From the NCBI RefSeq assembly GCF_963921235.1, contig NC_086097.1:140122001-140186000 (forward strand): a DNA stretch of 64,000 nucleotides, read 5' to 3'. Origin of the DNA: Mobula hypostoma (lineage: Eukaryota). The translations under genes and the position numbers were made by a program. How positions within the stretch are numbered: position 1 is the first letter of the stretch; every line of letters begins with the position of its first letter. Below the pieces are notes generated by a model. It was not told the DNA's origin. It worked only from the letters and a program-made list of their open reading frames with translations, and made no database searches. Below are positions 25,790-38,789 of the stretch, in pieces.

Positions 25790-26125
25790 CCATAGTGATC
25801 CTGCCCCTCACACAATGACCCACTCGGTAATGACCCTGACTCCTTGCACAGTGGCCCACACCACACAGCGGCTTCTAGTCCTCACAGTCCTCCACCCTTC
25901 ATAGTGACCCCCACCTCTCACTGCAACCACCCTCACGTCACTCATCCCATACACTGACCTGTCTCTCACACAGCGACCTGCCCTCATTCAGCAAGCCTCC
26001 TCACGTACCCACTATACAACAGTAATGCACTTCACACTGATCCCACTCTCATACTGCTCACAGACACCCACCCATACAATAATCCCACTCTACACACACA
26101 CAGATACCACCCAACCACAGTGACA
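25790..26125. repeat. Degenerate tandem repeat (cacagtgacccc-like)
   Basis: Recurrent (c)atagtgaccc, cacagcgacc and cacactga motifs at irregular spacing of a few tens of bp. Confidence 0.45.
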
Positions 26126-26494
26126 AGGTGGGGAGCTTGTCTCTTTCCACTGCAGAACATCCACATTCCCACCCTACAGACTGAAAACCCTTGCTGCCCA
26201 AATTCTGGCCTAGTAGCGATGCAGAGCTTGGGGAAACATGTGGGGTGATGAGAACTGGCCAAGAGTTCAGTGCTGGATAGATGGTTAGCTTATTCTCCAT
26301 TTATATAGCACCCAACAAAACGCCAACTTGGTTCAAGGAAGCAAAGATTGACAACCAGCTTCAGGAGCGGTCCAGTGGCTCGGTCAGAGGAGGCTTCAAG
26401 CAGCAGCTTGATGTGAGAGAGGTAGAGACGCCTAGCAATTTCAGAAGGCAGTCCTGAGCTTAGGACAGGGCAGATGGAAAGGGTCACTACATGA

Positions 26495-26745
26495 CTGTAC
26501 CCTCTGTCATCCTGGGTTGCAAACACTGGCATTTGTTATACTGGGGAACACAAACTGCCCTTCATCACCCTGGGGTACACACACACACACACACACCTCT
26601 CTTTCACCCTGGGGAACACACACTGACCTCTGACACCATGGGGTGCAAGCACACACCTCCTTTATCACACAGGGATACACACATACAGACATCTCCTCTG
26701 TCATCCTGGGGTGCACACACACTGCCCTCTGTCACCCTGGAGTTA
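26495..26745. repeat. Degenerate minisatellite, about 30-35 bp unit
   Basis: Repeated ctctgtca(t/c)cctggggNNcacacacactgcc, about 8 units. Confidence 0.65.
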
Positions 26746-26899
26746 CAGAGGGCATTTCTTAACACAGTACCTTGTGAGTAGGCCATTTGTCAATGGAGAG
26801 CATCAGTAATAAATCACATCCTGTTCTCAGTGCCCCAAAATATAAGATCAGATGCCCAGACTAATTGTCCATGTGTAGTCCAGCCCACAGCCACGGTAT

Positions 26900-29560
26900 G
26901 TTCAAAGTTCAAAGTAAATTTATTATCAAAGTAAATATATGTCACTATATACTACCCTGAAATTCATTTTCTTGTGCACATTCATAGAAAATAGAAAGAA
27001 ACACAATAGAATCAATGGAAAAACTGCACACAAAGACAAACAACAAATGTGCAAAAGACAACAAATTATGCAAATATAAAAAAGAAAAAAAACTAAATAA
27101 TAATAATAAATAATAAGTAATAAATATTGAGAACATGAGTTGTAGAGTTCTTGTAAGTGAGTCCATGGGTTGTGGAAGCAGTTCGTTGTTGGGGTGAGTG
27201 AAGTTATCCATGCTGGTTCAGGAGTCTGATGGTTGAGGCATAATAACTGTTCCTGAACCTGGTGATGTGGGATCTGAGGCTCCTGTATCTCCTTTTTGAT
27301 GGGTTCAGTGAGAAGAGAAAATGGCCTGGATGGTGGGGGGCCTTGATGATGGAAAACCACAAACAAGAGAACATCTGCAGATGCTGGAAATCCAGACAAC
27401 AAACACAAAATGCTGGAGGAACTCAGCAGGCCAGGCAGCATCTATGGAAAAGAGTACAGTCGATGTTTCAGGCCGAAACCCTTCGGCAGAACTGGAGAAA
27501 AAAAGCTGAGGAATAGATTTAAAAGGTGGGGGAAGGGGGACAGAGAAACACAAGGTGATAGGTGAAATCTGAAGGAGGAGGGATGAAGTAAAGAGCTGGG
27601 AAGTTGATAGGTGAAAGAGACAGAACGCTATGCAAGAAAGAAAAGGGGGAGGAGCACCAGAGGGAGGCGATGGGTGGGCAAGGAGATAAGGCGAAAGAGG
27701 GAAAGGGGGACGGGAAATAGTGAAGGAGTGCCCACCCATTGCTTCCCTCTGGTGCTCCTCCCCCCTTTTCTTTTTCCCATGGTCTTTTATCTCTTTCACC
27801 GATCAACTTCCCAGCACTTTACTTCATCCCTCCCCCACTTAGGTTTCACCTATCACCTTGTACTTCTCTCTCCCCTCCCCCCCACCTTTTAAATCAACTC
27901 CTCAGCTTTTTTCTCCAGTCCTGCCAAAGGGTTTTGGCTTGAAATATCATTCATAGATGCCGCCTGGCCTTGATGATGGAAGTTGCTTTCCTGTGACAGT
28001 GCTCCTTGTAGATGTGCTTAATTGTGGGGAGGGCTTTACCTGTGATGGTCTGACTGCATTCACTCCTTTTTGTAGGCTTTTCCATTCAAGGGCATTGGTG
28101 TTTCTATACCAGGCCGTGATGCAATCAGTCCGTTATACTGTCCACCGTGCATCTATAGAAGTTTGTCAAAGTTCTTAGATGACATGCTGAATCTTTGCAA
28201 ATTTCTAAGAAAGTAGGGGTGCTGCCATGTCTTCTTGATAATGGCACTCATGTACTGGACCGAGGACTGATCCTCTGAAATGATAATGCTGAGGGACTTA
28301 CAGTTACTGACCCTCTCCACCTCAGATCCCCTGATGACAACTGGCTGACTGATGACTGGTTTCCTCCTCCTGTAGGTAATAATCAGCTCTTTGGTTTTAC
28401 TGACATTGAGCGACAGGTTATTGTTATGGCACCATTCAGCCAGATTTTCAATCTCCTCCTATACGCTGATCTGTCAACACCTTTGATTCTGCCAATGGCA
28501 GTGGTGTCATCATTAAACTAAAATGTAGCAGTACAGTTGTACTGAGCCTCAGCATCATTACTATAAAGTGAACAGAGCAAGGGGCTAAGCATATAGCCTT
28601 ATGATACACCTGTATTGAGGAAATTTGTAGAGGAGATGTTGTTGCCAATCCAGACTGCAAGTGAGGAAATTGAGGATTCAATTGCACAAGGAGATTTTGA
28701 GACCAAGGCCTTGGAGCTTATTGATTAGTTTTGAGGGGATGATAGTGTTGAATACAGAGGTGTAGTCAATGAAGAGCATTCTGATCTATGCACCTTCACT
28801 GTTCAGAAGTTCCAGAGTTGAATGAAGAGCCAATGAAATGGCATCTGCTGTTGACCTGTTGTGACGGTAGACAAATTGGAGTGGATCCAAGTCACTCCTT
28901 AGGCAGGAGTTGATATTTTCCATCACCAACCTCTCAAAGCAATTCATCACAGTGAATGTAAGTGCTATTGGATGATCGTCATTGAGATAGTTTACCACAT
29001 TCTTCTTGGGTACTGGCATGATTGAAGCCTGCTTGAAGCAGGTGGGTACCTCAGACTGCTGAAGCGAGAGTTTAAAGACATCAGTTATCACTCCAGCCAG
29101 TTCATTAGCATAGGTCTTCAGAACTCAGCCAAATACATTGTCTGGGCCAGATGTTTTCAATGGGTTCATTCTACTGAAGGATGCTCTCATATCAGACTCA
29201 TAGCCTGAAATCACAGGGTCTTTGGGGGCTATTGATGTTCATGAAGATGCCTCCATGTTTTGTCAAGTCAAAGTGAGCATAAAAGGCGTTGAGCTTATCT
29301 GGGAGCAAAACCTTGTTTTCACCTATGTCACTTGGTATCACTTTGGCAATCAAGCCTGCCACAGTTATTGAACATCCTTCTGTGATTCAGGTTTGGTCTG
29401 GAATTACCACTTCACATGTGAGATAGTCTTCCAGAGGTTGTACCAGGACCTCTTATACTTTACTTGGTCGCTAGACCTGAATGCCATCGATCTAGCCCTC
29501 AGATCTCTTGGTTCATCCAGGGCTTCTGTTCAGCAGGACTCCGAATGATTTCATCTGTAG
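26900..29560 (-). mobile_element. Rex1/Babar LINE (RT to 3' UTR), interrupted at 27355-27965
   Basis: ORF 28786-29091 VPTCFKQASIMPVPKK...DLDPLQFVYRHNRSTADAI; tail gttcaaagttcaaagtaaatttattatc at about 26900. Confidence 0.85.
27355..27965. mobile_element. Fold-back Penelope-terminus insertion
   Basis: 16-bp TSD ggccttgatgatggaa at 27339-27354 and 27966-27981; minus-strand pLTR followed by its inverted copy. Confidence 0.85.
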
Positions 29561-30654
29561 TCACGTGTGAGTAACAGCATGGTGAATTACTCATTTAACA
29601 ATTCAGTAGAAAATTAAGGCCAATACACAAGATAAAAGCAATAATTTACAAGATTGACACATTTCTTTGACCATTTCAGGGAGTACTCCCTCACATGGGT
29701 TTGGAGTCACATATAGGCCAGACCACGTAAGATTTTCTCTCATCAGTGAACAAATAAGTCATGCAATAGACATTCCTGGACAATGTCCAACATTGAACCA
29801 GACCCGGCTTTTTACATTGTCCCAGACAATTTAAATAGCTGTGTCCTACAACCAAGGGCCTTGATTTCAGCAGAGTGCATTACAGTATAATCAATTTTTT
29901 AAAAAACATTTTCATTTGTTTCAGATGGTCTGGGTAACCTTAAGAACATATTTGAAAGCAACATTTGGCTCAGTTACCATGCTGTGGTGGAAGCTATACT
30001 TTATGAAGGGCTGGATAAATGGAATTAGATAGTCAACTATCGATGGAGAACCAATACAAAGTGTTAACAAATGCTGTAAGTTATGGGAGCAAAGCAAGAG
30101 TAGTTTGTCAATGTCAGGAGAAATAGCAACTGAATTATACCTATGGCCACCACCAACTATGCATTATTGTAAACACAATAAGGGTGACTAGGTTTGCTTC
30201 TACATTTGATAATGCTTGTTTTGAGCAATTGGTAAGGACATTCACTCTGAAGTAAAAGTCTTGATGCACATCAGCCATGTGGTTTGCAGTAATGAAACCA
30301 TTCATGGGCAACATGTTTGCAGAATGCCAACCCTTTGATTTGAATCTTCTGTAAAGATGCAGATTGACACTTAAACAGGGGTTTCTTGATACTGAGAGCA
30401 AGAGGCACAGGATCAGCAAAGTTTCACCTTCAAGTCAAAGACCATTCCAGGGACAAAAAAACTTCACACAATTTTAATCAAGTGTTCACTAAGTATCAAG
30501 GTTGTTCGATTAAAAATGGGTGATAAAAGCAAATAAGTTGTTCTAACTTTATTAAGATTAATACAAGGCCAGGCCAAAGAAGGATTAATGCAAGCAGATT
30601 AAGCACTGCATTTTGAGGAGCAATCAGTAGGAATAATTCTGTGAGTGAGCCGAT

Positions 30655-31650
30655 TGAGAGATAGAAAAAGAGAAAAAAGAGGGAGTGGAGGGGAGGGGGA
30701 AGAGAGGGTAGAGAGACAGAGAGGGAGGAGAGAGGTTGGAGGGGGGGAGGAGCGAGGGGAGGAGAGAAAGGGGGAGAGGGGAGAGAGGAGAGGGGAGAGA
30801 GGAGAGGGGAGGGGGGAGAGGGGGAGAGGGGGAGAGGGGGAGAGGGGGAGAGGGAGGTTGGAGAGGGGGCAGAGGGGAGGAGGGGAGAAGGGGGAGAAGG
30901 GGGAGTGTGTGGAGAGGGGGGAGTGGGGGCTGAGGGGGAGAAGGGGAGAGGGGGAGGGGAAGGGGGGAGTGGGGGAGAGAGGGGAGACACAAGAGGGGAG
31001 GAGAGGTGGAGGGGGTGAGGGGACGGGGAAGGGTGTTTGGAGATGGGTGGTTGGAGAGGGGGAGAAGGGGAGGGGGAGAGGGGGAGGGGGGAGAGGGGGA
31101 TAGGGGGAGTGTGTGGAGAGGGGGAGTGGGGGCTGAGGAGGGAGATGGGGAGTGGGGGCTGAGGGGAGAGATGGGGAGGGGGAGGGGGTGTTTGGGGAGG
31201 GGGAGGGGGGTGGTTGGAGATGGGGCAGAGGGGGAGAAGGGGAGAAGGGGGGAGTGTGTGGAGAGGGGGGAGTGGGGGCTGAGGGGGGAGATGGGGAGAG
31301 GGGAGAGGGGGGAGGAGGTGTTTGGGGAGGGGGGTGTTTAGAGATGGGGCAGAGGGGGAGAAGGGGAGAAGGGGTGAGTGTGTGGAGAGGGTGAGTGGGG
31401 GCTGAGGGGAGGGGGTGAGTGGGGGAGAGAGGGGGGAGACAGGAGAGGGGAGGAGAGGGGGAGGGGGAGGGGGGTGTTTGGAGAGGGGTGGTTGGAGAGG
31501 GGGAAGGGGGTCGAGGGGGATGAGAGGGGGAGCGGAGGGGTGAGTGGGGGAGAGAAAGGGAGGAGAAAGTGGCTGATAGAGGGGTTGATAGAGAGGAGGA
31601 GAGGGGGTGTAGGGAAGGGTAGGGAGGGGGAAGTGAGGGGGAAGTGAGAG
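30655..31650. repeat. About 1 kb G/A-rich degenerate tandem repeat
   Basis: Dense G-runs with recurring gggggagtgtgtggagagggggg-agtgggggctgagg blocks. Confidence 0.9.
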
Positions 31651-32194
31651 GCACTGGTGAGCAGAGACAAAGTAAAGTTAACCATAGAAGCAGTTGAATT
31701 GTAAGTCTAGGTGAGGTTGCTGAGGTAATGGATATTAACAATACGGAGGGAATATAAGTGGGATGGAGATGGAGTGAAACATTGATGGGGTAGATTGCAG
31801 GCTAAATGCAGACATAGCCAATCTATCAGGAGTGTCTGTGTTCACCACAGCTCTCAGGAATGCACAGTCCATGTGACTATGTGGGAGATAGAAAACCACA
31901 GAACAAACTACTCAAGCTGTCCCCGGTACCAAACAGGCCAAAGTAAAGGAGGATAGTTACTTGGTTAAGTAGATGAAATTGAGAAATAAGGTTTAAACTT
32001 TACTGTAATCCTGTTGTGTTTAGTGATGTCAATGCAACATATGTGACCTCTTTTCTGAAGGGGATTATTTTTGCTCAAACTATATTACTGATAAAATGTT
32101 AATTATTAAAAGAAAACAAGGTGAATGTTTCCAAAGAACCTGTCAGTGGGAACAGGAGCCCATGGGTCTACTTCAGATTGTTTAACAATCCCAC

Positions 32195-33840
32195 TGGGAG
32201 GGGTAGTACGGAGAGAGTGTCACATTGTGGGAGGGGTGGTACACTGTGAGAGCGACACTGATGAGGGGGTGTCACACTGTGAGAGGGGCACTGATGAGGG
32301 GGTGTCACATTGTGAGAGGGACAGTACTGAGGGAGTGTCACACTGTGAGAGCGGCACTGATGAGGGGGTGTCACACTGTGAGGGGGCAGTGCTGAGGGGG
32401 TGTCACACTGTGAGAGGGACAGTACTGAGGGGGTGTCACTGTGGGATGGACAGTACAGAGGGAGTGTCACACCGTGGGATGGACAGTACTGAGGGGGTGT
32501 CACACCGTGGGATGGACAGTACTGAGGGGGTGTCACACCGTGGGATGGACGGTACTGAGGGAATGTCACACCGTGGGATGGACGGTACTGAGGGGGTGTC
32601 ACACTGTGGGATAGACGGTACTGAGGGAGTGTCACACTGTGGGATGGACAGTACTGAGGGAGTGTCACACCGTGGGATGGACAGTACTGAGGGAATGTCA
32701 CACTGTGGGATGGACGGTACTGAGGGGGTGTCACACTGTGGGATGGACGGTACTGAGGGAGTGTCACACTGGGGGATGGACAGTACCGAGGGAGTATCAC
32801 ACTGTGGGATGGACAGTATTGAAGGAGTGTCACACTGTGAGATGGACAGTACTGAGGGAGTGTCACACTGCGGGGTGGACAGTGCTGAGGGGGTATCACA
32901 CCGTGAGAGGGGCACTGATGAGGGGGTGTCGCACTGTGAGAGGGACAGTGCTGAGGGGGTGTCACACTGTGAGAGGGACAGTGCTGAGGGGGTGTCACTG
33001 TGGGATGGACAGTACTGAGGGGATGGACAGTACTGAGCGAGTATCACACTGTGGGATGGACAGTACTGAGGGAGTGTCACACTGTGGGATGGACAGTACA
33101 GAGGGAGTGTCACACCATGGGATGGACAGTACTGAGGGGGTGTCACACCGTGGGATGGACAGTACTGAGGGAGTGTCACACCGTGGGATGGACAGTACTG
33201 AGGGGGTGTCACACCGTGGGATGGACAGTACTGAGGGGGTGTCACACCGTGGGATGGACAGTACTGAGGGGGTGTCACACCGTGGGATGGACAGTACTGA
33301 GGGAGTGTCACACCGTGGGATGGACAGTACTGAGGGAATGTCACACTGTGGGATGGACGGTACTGAGAGACTGTCACACCGTGGGATGGACGGTACTCAG
33401 GGGGTGTCACACTGTGGGATAGACGGTACTGAGGGAGTGTCAGACTGTGGGATGGACAGTACTGAGGGAGTGTCACCCCGTGGGATGGACAGTACTGAGG
33501 GGGTGTCACACTGTGGGATGGACGGTACTGAGGGGGTGTCACACTGTGGGATGGACGGTACTGAGGGAGTGTCACACTGGGGGATGGACAGTACTGAGGG
33601 AGTGTCACACTGGGGGATGGACAGTACTGAGGGAGTGTCACACTGTGGGATGGACAGTATTGAAGGAGTGTCACACTGTGAGATGGACAGTACTGAGGGA
33701 GTGTCACACTGCGGGGTGGACAGTGCTGAGGGGGTATCACACCGTGAGAGGGGCACTGATGAGGGGGTGTCGCACTGTGAGAGGGACAGTGCTGAGGGGG
33801 TGTCACACTGTGAGAGGGACAGTGCTGAGGGGGTGCTATA
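32195..33840. repeat. 33-bp minisatellite, about 50 units
   Basis: Unit gtgtcacac(t/c)gtgggatggacagtactgaggg(g/a); gives 11-aa periodic spurious ORFs on both strands. Confidence 0.97.
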
Positions 33841-34954
33841 CTACCATGCGCAGTACTCAGGACCACTGCACTGTCGGAAGATCCTTCCGTTACACTAACT
33901 GGAGAAAATAATCTACACTGGGGTAGAAGACAAGCTGAGGATGCCTCGCAGTGATCTGGCCAACGGATTCAATGGTTATTTCCTCACTGCCTACAGATCC
34001 TTATGCTCAGTTTGGGCACCAATGTCTGTTTGGATCATTTTGGATCTGATGAGTGAAGGTTGATTTAAAAATTGTTTCTTGAATCACACTTCTATATGGC
34101 AGCAAACCAAAGATGTGAGACAGTGACATTTAGTATCTGTGAAATAGCTACTGCAATGCATGTTATCAAGTGTGCACTCTGGGTTATAATGAATTTGCCA
34201 ATTCATATCTATTTCTACTTTCTGCAGTATCAAGTGGCTGTAAAATAAAAGTCATTTTTACTTATAACTGGAGTTCCATAAAGAACAAACTCCCAACACG
34301 ATTTCAGTCAGTGGAAAACTGTTGATGGATGAAACAGGGCTCAATACATTTTTTGAAGTCCACCCACCCTTTTCCTGTGTTGTTGCTTCTCTGATCCCTT
34401 AAATATTTTAAGTTAACTTTCCTTAAATTTTCCTCATGATATGGAAGGGAATAAGGCAAGAGCAGGAGAGAGAAGGACAGGGAGACTGACATATTCTGTA
34501 AACTCTGAATAGGCATGAATGAAGCTGATCTCATGTGAGGAATCTGTGAGCAAGGGAGAAGATTCTCTTTGGAAGAAAGATGAGGGGTAAATGGAGATGT
34601 GATTCTTTTGGAGACACAAGAGGCTTGGTACAAACAATTTCCCATTCCTTGCTGGTGCTTCTCCCAATGCAGAAACCATCTGCTTCTTGCTGGCACTGAG
34701 TTGGGTAAATTACTCTGCCAAAAGAGAGAAAAGATGGCAAGCGAGCGAGAATAACACCCACAGAGCAGACCTCTGTACATTCATCCTTAATTTTGATGGA
34801 TTGCTTAAAGAAAAGTAATCTCTCATGGCCCAACAAGGTTTATTTTTCATCTTTCATTTGATCATTGCAGGAGTACACCTTACAGATAGAATTGAGTTAT
34901 TCTCTTAATTCATTGCAGTTTCTCTCCAGATTTTTTGAATCTTTTCAGATGTTC

Positions 34955-36125
34955 AGAATCAGAATCAGAATCAGGTTTATTATCACCGGCATGTGATGTG
35001 AAATTTGTTAACTTAGCAGCAGCAGTTCAATGAAATACATAATCTAGCAGAGAAAAAAAAATAATAATAATAAATAAACAAGTAAATCAATTATGTATAT
35101 TGAATAGATTAAAAAATGTGCAAAAACAGAAATACTGTATATTTAAAAAAAGCGAGGTCGTGTCCATTTAGGAATCGGATGGCGGAGGGGAAGAAGCTGT
35201 TCCTGAATCGCTGAATGTGTGCCTTTGGGCTTCTGTACCTCCTGCCTGATGGTAACAGTGAGAAAAGGGCATGCCCTGGGTACTGGAGGTCCTTAATAAT
35301 GGATGCTGCCTTTCTGAGACACTGCTCCCTAAAGATACCCTGGGTACTTTGTAGGCTAGTGCCCAAGATGGAGCTGACTAGATTTACAACCTCCTGCAGC
35401 TTCTTTTGGTCCTGTGTAGTAGCCCCTCCATACCAGACAGTGATGCAGCCTGTCAGAATGCTCTCCATGGTACAACTATAGAAGTTTTTGAGTGTATTTG
35501 TTGACATACCAAATCTCTTCAAACTCTTAATGAAGTATAGTCGCTGTCTTGTCTTCTTTATAACTATATTGATAGGTTGGGACCAGGTTAGATCCTCAGA
35601 GATCTTGACACCCAGAAACCTGAAGTTGCTCACTCTCTCCACTTTTGATCACTCTATGAGGATTGGAATGTGCTCCTTCATCTTACCTTTCCTGAAGTTC
35701 ACAATCAGCTCTTTTGTCTTACTGATGTTGAGGGTCAAGTTGTTGCTGCGGCACCACTCCACTAGTTGGCATATCTCACTCCTGTACGCCCTCTCATCAC
35801 CACCTGAGAGTCTACCAACAATGGTTGTGTTGTCAGCGAATTTATAGATGGTATTTGAGCTACACCTAGCCACACAATCATGTGTATATAGAGAGTAGAG
35901 CAGTGGGCTAAGCACACACTCCTGAGGTACGCCAGTGTTGATCGTCAGCACCAATCTGCATAGATTGTGGTCTTCTGGTTAGGAAGTTGAGGATCCAATT
36001 GCAGAGGGAGGTACAGAGGCCCAGGATCTGTAACTTCTCAATCAGGATTGTGGGAATGATCTTATTAAATGCTGAACTATAGTCAATGAACAGCATCCTG
36101 ACATAGGTGTTTATGTCTTTCATGT
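34955..36125 (-). mobile_element. Rex1/Babar LINE 3' part, relatively well preserved
   Basis: [59 protein letters not shown]; (cagaat)n tail. Confidence 0.92.
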
Positions 36126-36279
36126 GGTCTAAAGAATAGGCTTGAAGTGAACACAGCAACTGATGTGGAGATTGAGTGGACAGAACTTTTCACAGTGCAG
36201 CTCACGACTGGCATAGTGCCTATAAATGACTCACTCCTCTCTGACCACTCAGATGGTGCTGATATAGTGTACTCATTAC

Positions 36280-36360
36280 CTGTTGCATATTTCCCATATT
36301 CTGGAGCTCCAACATGTTTCAAAAGTGAAGCTGAGAGAAATGCACCTTGCTGCTCTTGCC
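36280..36360 (-). CDS. Candidate 81-nt symmetric exon, unknown gene
   Basis: Acceptor aattttcagtacag, donor CAG|gtaatg; open in phase 1 (QEQQGAFLSASLLKHVGAPEYGKYAT). Confidence 0.15.
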
Positions 36361-36631
36361 CTGTACTGAAAATTATGTTCTCCAGCCCAGCTAAAGCTCT
36401 GACTAGACTAACGTGAGAAGCATGGAATGCTGATGTGGCACAATACAGCTGTAATCAGAAGTACTGACTCTAAAAACCATAGGGCAGCAAAAGGCCAAAG
36501 TAAGGTCCATGCATCAAAGTTAATCAGATAGTTGCTTGTAAAATTGGAATATTGAGGTTGTGGAGAATGAGCAGGAAGAAACAAACTGCACAAGCTTAAT
36601 GGCAACTTCACACAATTATGTCAAACATTTA

Positions 36632-38168
36632 CAGTACCTCGTAAGGGTATTCCGCTCCCAACCCTTTTTTCACATAAATGAGTATTACAACCAGGGACTT
36701 TGATCAATTGAACTGAGAATTTTTATTTGTGAATCGCATGCTCCCTTTTTCCCCTCACAGTATAGCAAAAACAAAGCATGAATAACTAAAAACTTATTAA
36801 TTGAAATATCCATAGTTCAAAAGTATTCATCCCCCTTTGCTCAGTACTTAGTTGAACCATTTCTTGCAGCTATTACAGCCAGTAGACTTTTGGGATAAGT
36901 CTCTATGGGCTTTCATCAACATGATGGAGCAAGATTTGCCCACTCCTCCTTGCAAAATTGCTCATGCTGTGCCAGGTTAGTTGGGGAGTGGCGGTGGAAA
37001 CAAACTTAGGGTCTTGCCAGAGATGTTCAATTGGGTTAAGGTCAGTCTGACTGGGCCACTCCATGGTTACTCTGGCACTGCGATTTGGGTTGTTGTCCTA
37101 CTGAAAGACAGATTTCCTCCCAGGTTAACTTTTCTAGCAGAGGCTTGCAGGTTTTCATCCAGGATTTCTCTGTATTTAGCAGCATTCACCTTCCCATCAA
37201 TTTTGACCAGATTTCCAGTCCCTGCTGCTGAAAACACATCCCCAGAGCATGATGCTACCCCCACTCTACTTTACTGTAGGGATGGTGTTACCTGACAGTT
37301 GCACAATATTAGATTTACACTGCACGTACTGCTTAGTGTTGAGCCCAGAAAGTTCTACTTTAGTCTTATCGGACCACAGGACCTTCCACAACTTTACAGT
37401 CTCTTCTGGGTGACACTTTACAAACTCTTTACAGGCAAGGGTATGCTTTTTTCAGCCAGGGCTTCTTCCTTGCCTTTCTTCCATACATACCCTTTTTGTG
37501 CAAGGTCTTAGAGGTTGTGGAGCCATGGATTTCATCTCCAGTTGCAGTCACTTAGAGTGACTGTTGGCGTTACAGTAGCCTCTCTTCCAAACGCCAGTCT
37601 TCTCTGGTGTCTAAGTTTAGAGGATGTGGCCTGACCTCGGCAGTGTGGCTGTGGTTTCATATTTTTACCACTTTTTCATGATCGACTGCACTGAGCTCTG
37701 AGGTATGTTCAGTGCCTTTGAGATGGCCTTGAAATCTTCCCCAGATTTGTGCTTTTCTACTATCATTTCCTTGACTTGCCTTGAATGCTCTTTTGTCTTA
37801 ATTTTGGTTTGGTCTGTTGAAAATCTACCATATTGTTAGACCTTACAGAGAGAAGGGGTGCTTATTCAGGTGATCCTCAAATTTTCTACAATAACAAATT
37901 GGGTATATTGGTGAGGCAATAAGTATTGCACTTGAGGGAAGTTAGCACAGTAATTACAAAGGGGATGAGTACTTCTTCAGCTTTACAATGTTGGATTTTA
38001 ATTTTTAGAAGATTGTTGACAGGTTGTGGAATTTTTCTTTTGATTTGACATGATGCACAATGTTTTATAGATTAGCTCACAAAATCCTATAATATATTTT
38101 AAATTTAGAAATTGAGACAGTAAGATGTGAAAATATTTGTGGGCTCTGAATACTTTTTCAATACACAG
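36632..38168 (-). mobile_element. Decayed Tc1 transposon with long IR/DR-type termini
   Basis: TA-cagtacctcgtaagggtattc...gaatactttttcaatacacag-TA; inner repeats aaaagtattcatccccc (about 36820) and aaaggggatgagtact (about 37958); transposase FSAAGTGNLVKIDGKVNAAKYREILDENL. Confidence 0.85.
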
Positions 38169-38789
38169 TATTTAAGTGTTTAACTCCTTTGAAACCTCTT
38201 CTATAATTCAAAAAATGCTGTAAAGGGATTGCTCATACTTTGAAAGAGTGGAAGCAGCTCATTACTGATGCATTAGTGGAATGTTGAGCGATGTAAATGC
38301 TGCACTGGTTTCATTTCTAAACTGCTTAATTCCATCTGTAAATATCAATAAAAAGCACTCTCCTTCTAAGGCTGAAATCTACTGGCACGCAGAGTGAGCT
38401 ATTTCATCTTCTGAAGTACTGCCCTGTACACACTACGTGTGCCCCAAGGTGCCACGGGGAGCTTGTTTGATATTACTAGATCAGAAAAACAATTTTCTAG
38501 CTTGCTTTTTTTTTGTGCTTCAAGATTTGGCTTCACACCAAAAAAATTTAATATTCTCATTATGTTGAGTCATTTTTGTCCTAATGCTAACCCTAACAGT
38601 AAAACATATAGCTAATCTCAGTCCAGATTTCAAACTGCTTCATGATTGCTGCAATTACCATTTTTAAAAGAGATGCAACATTTCAAATGGACAATCTTAA
38701 ATTATTAGACTTAAAATAAACTTCAATTCACAATCCAGAACTTTGTTATACCTTCTGAAAGAAACAGTTGTTGAAAGCTTAACACTCAG

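Noticed and set aside
30496..31741. Pro/Ser-rich and Gly/Glu-rich ORFs
   Set aside because: Low-complexity purine tract lacking stops; no splice or domain support.
32125..33911. Long ORFs (up to 476 aa) with 11-aa His/Cys repeats
   Set aside because: Artefact of a stop-poor 33-bp unit that is open in many frames on both strands.
34304..34836. Overlapping minus-strand ORFs in unique sequence
   Set aside because: No recognisable protein and no clear donor; only the acceptor-like site is noted.
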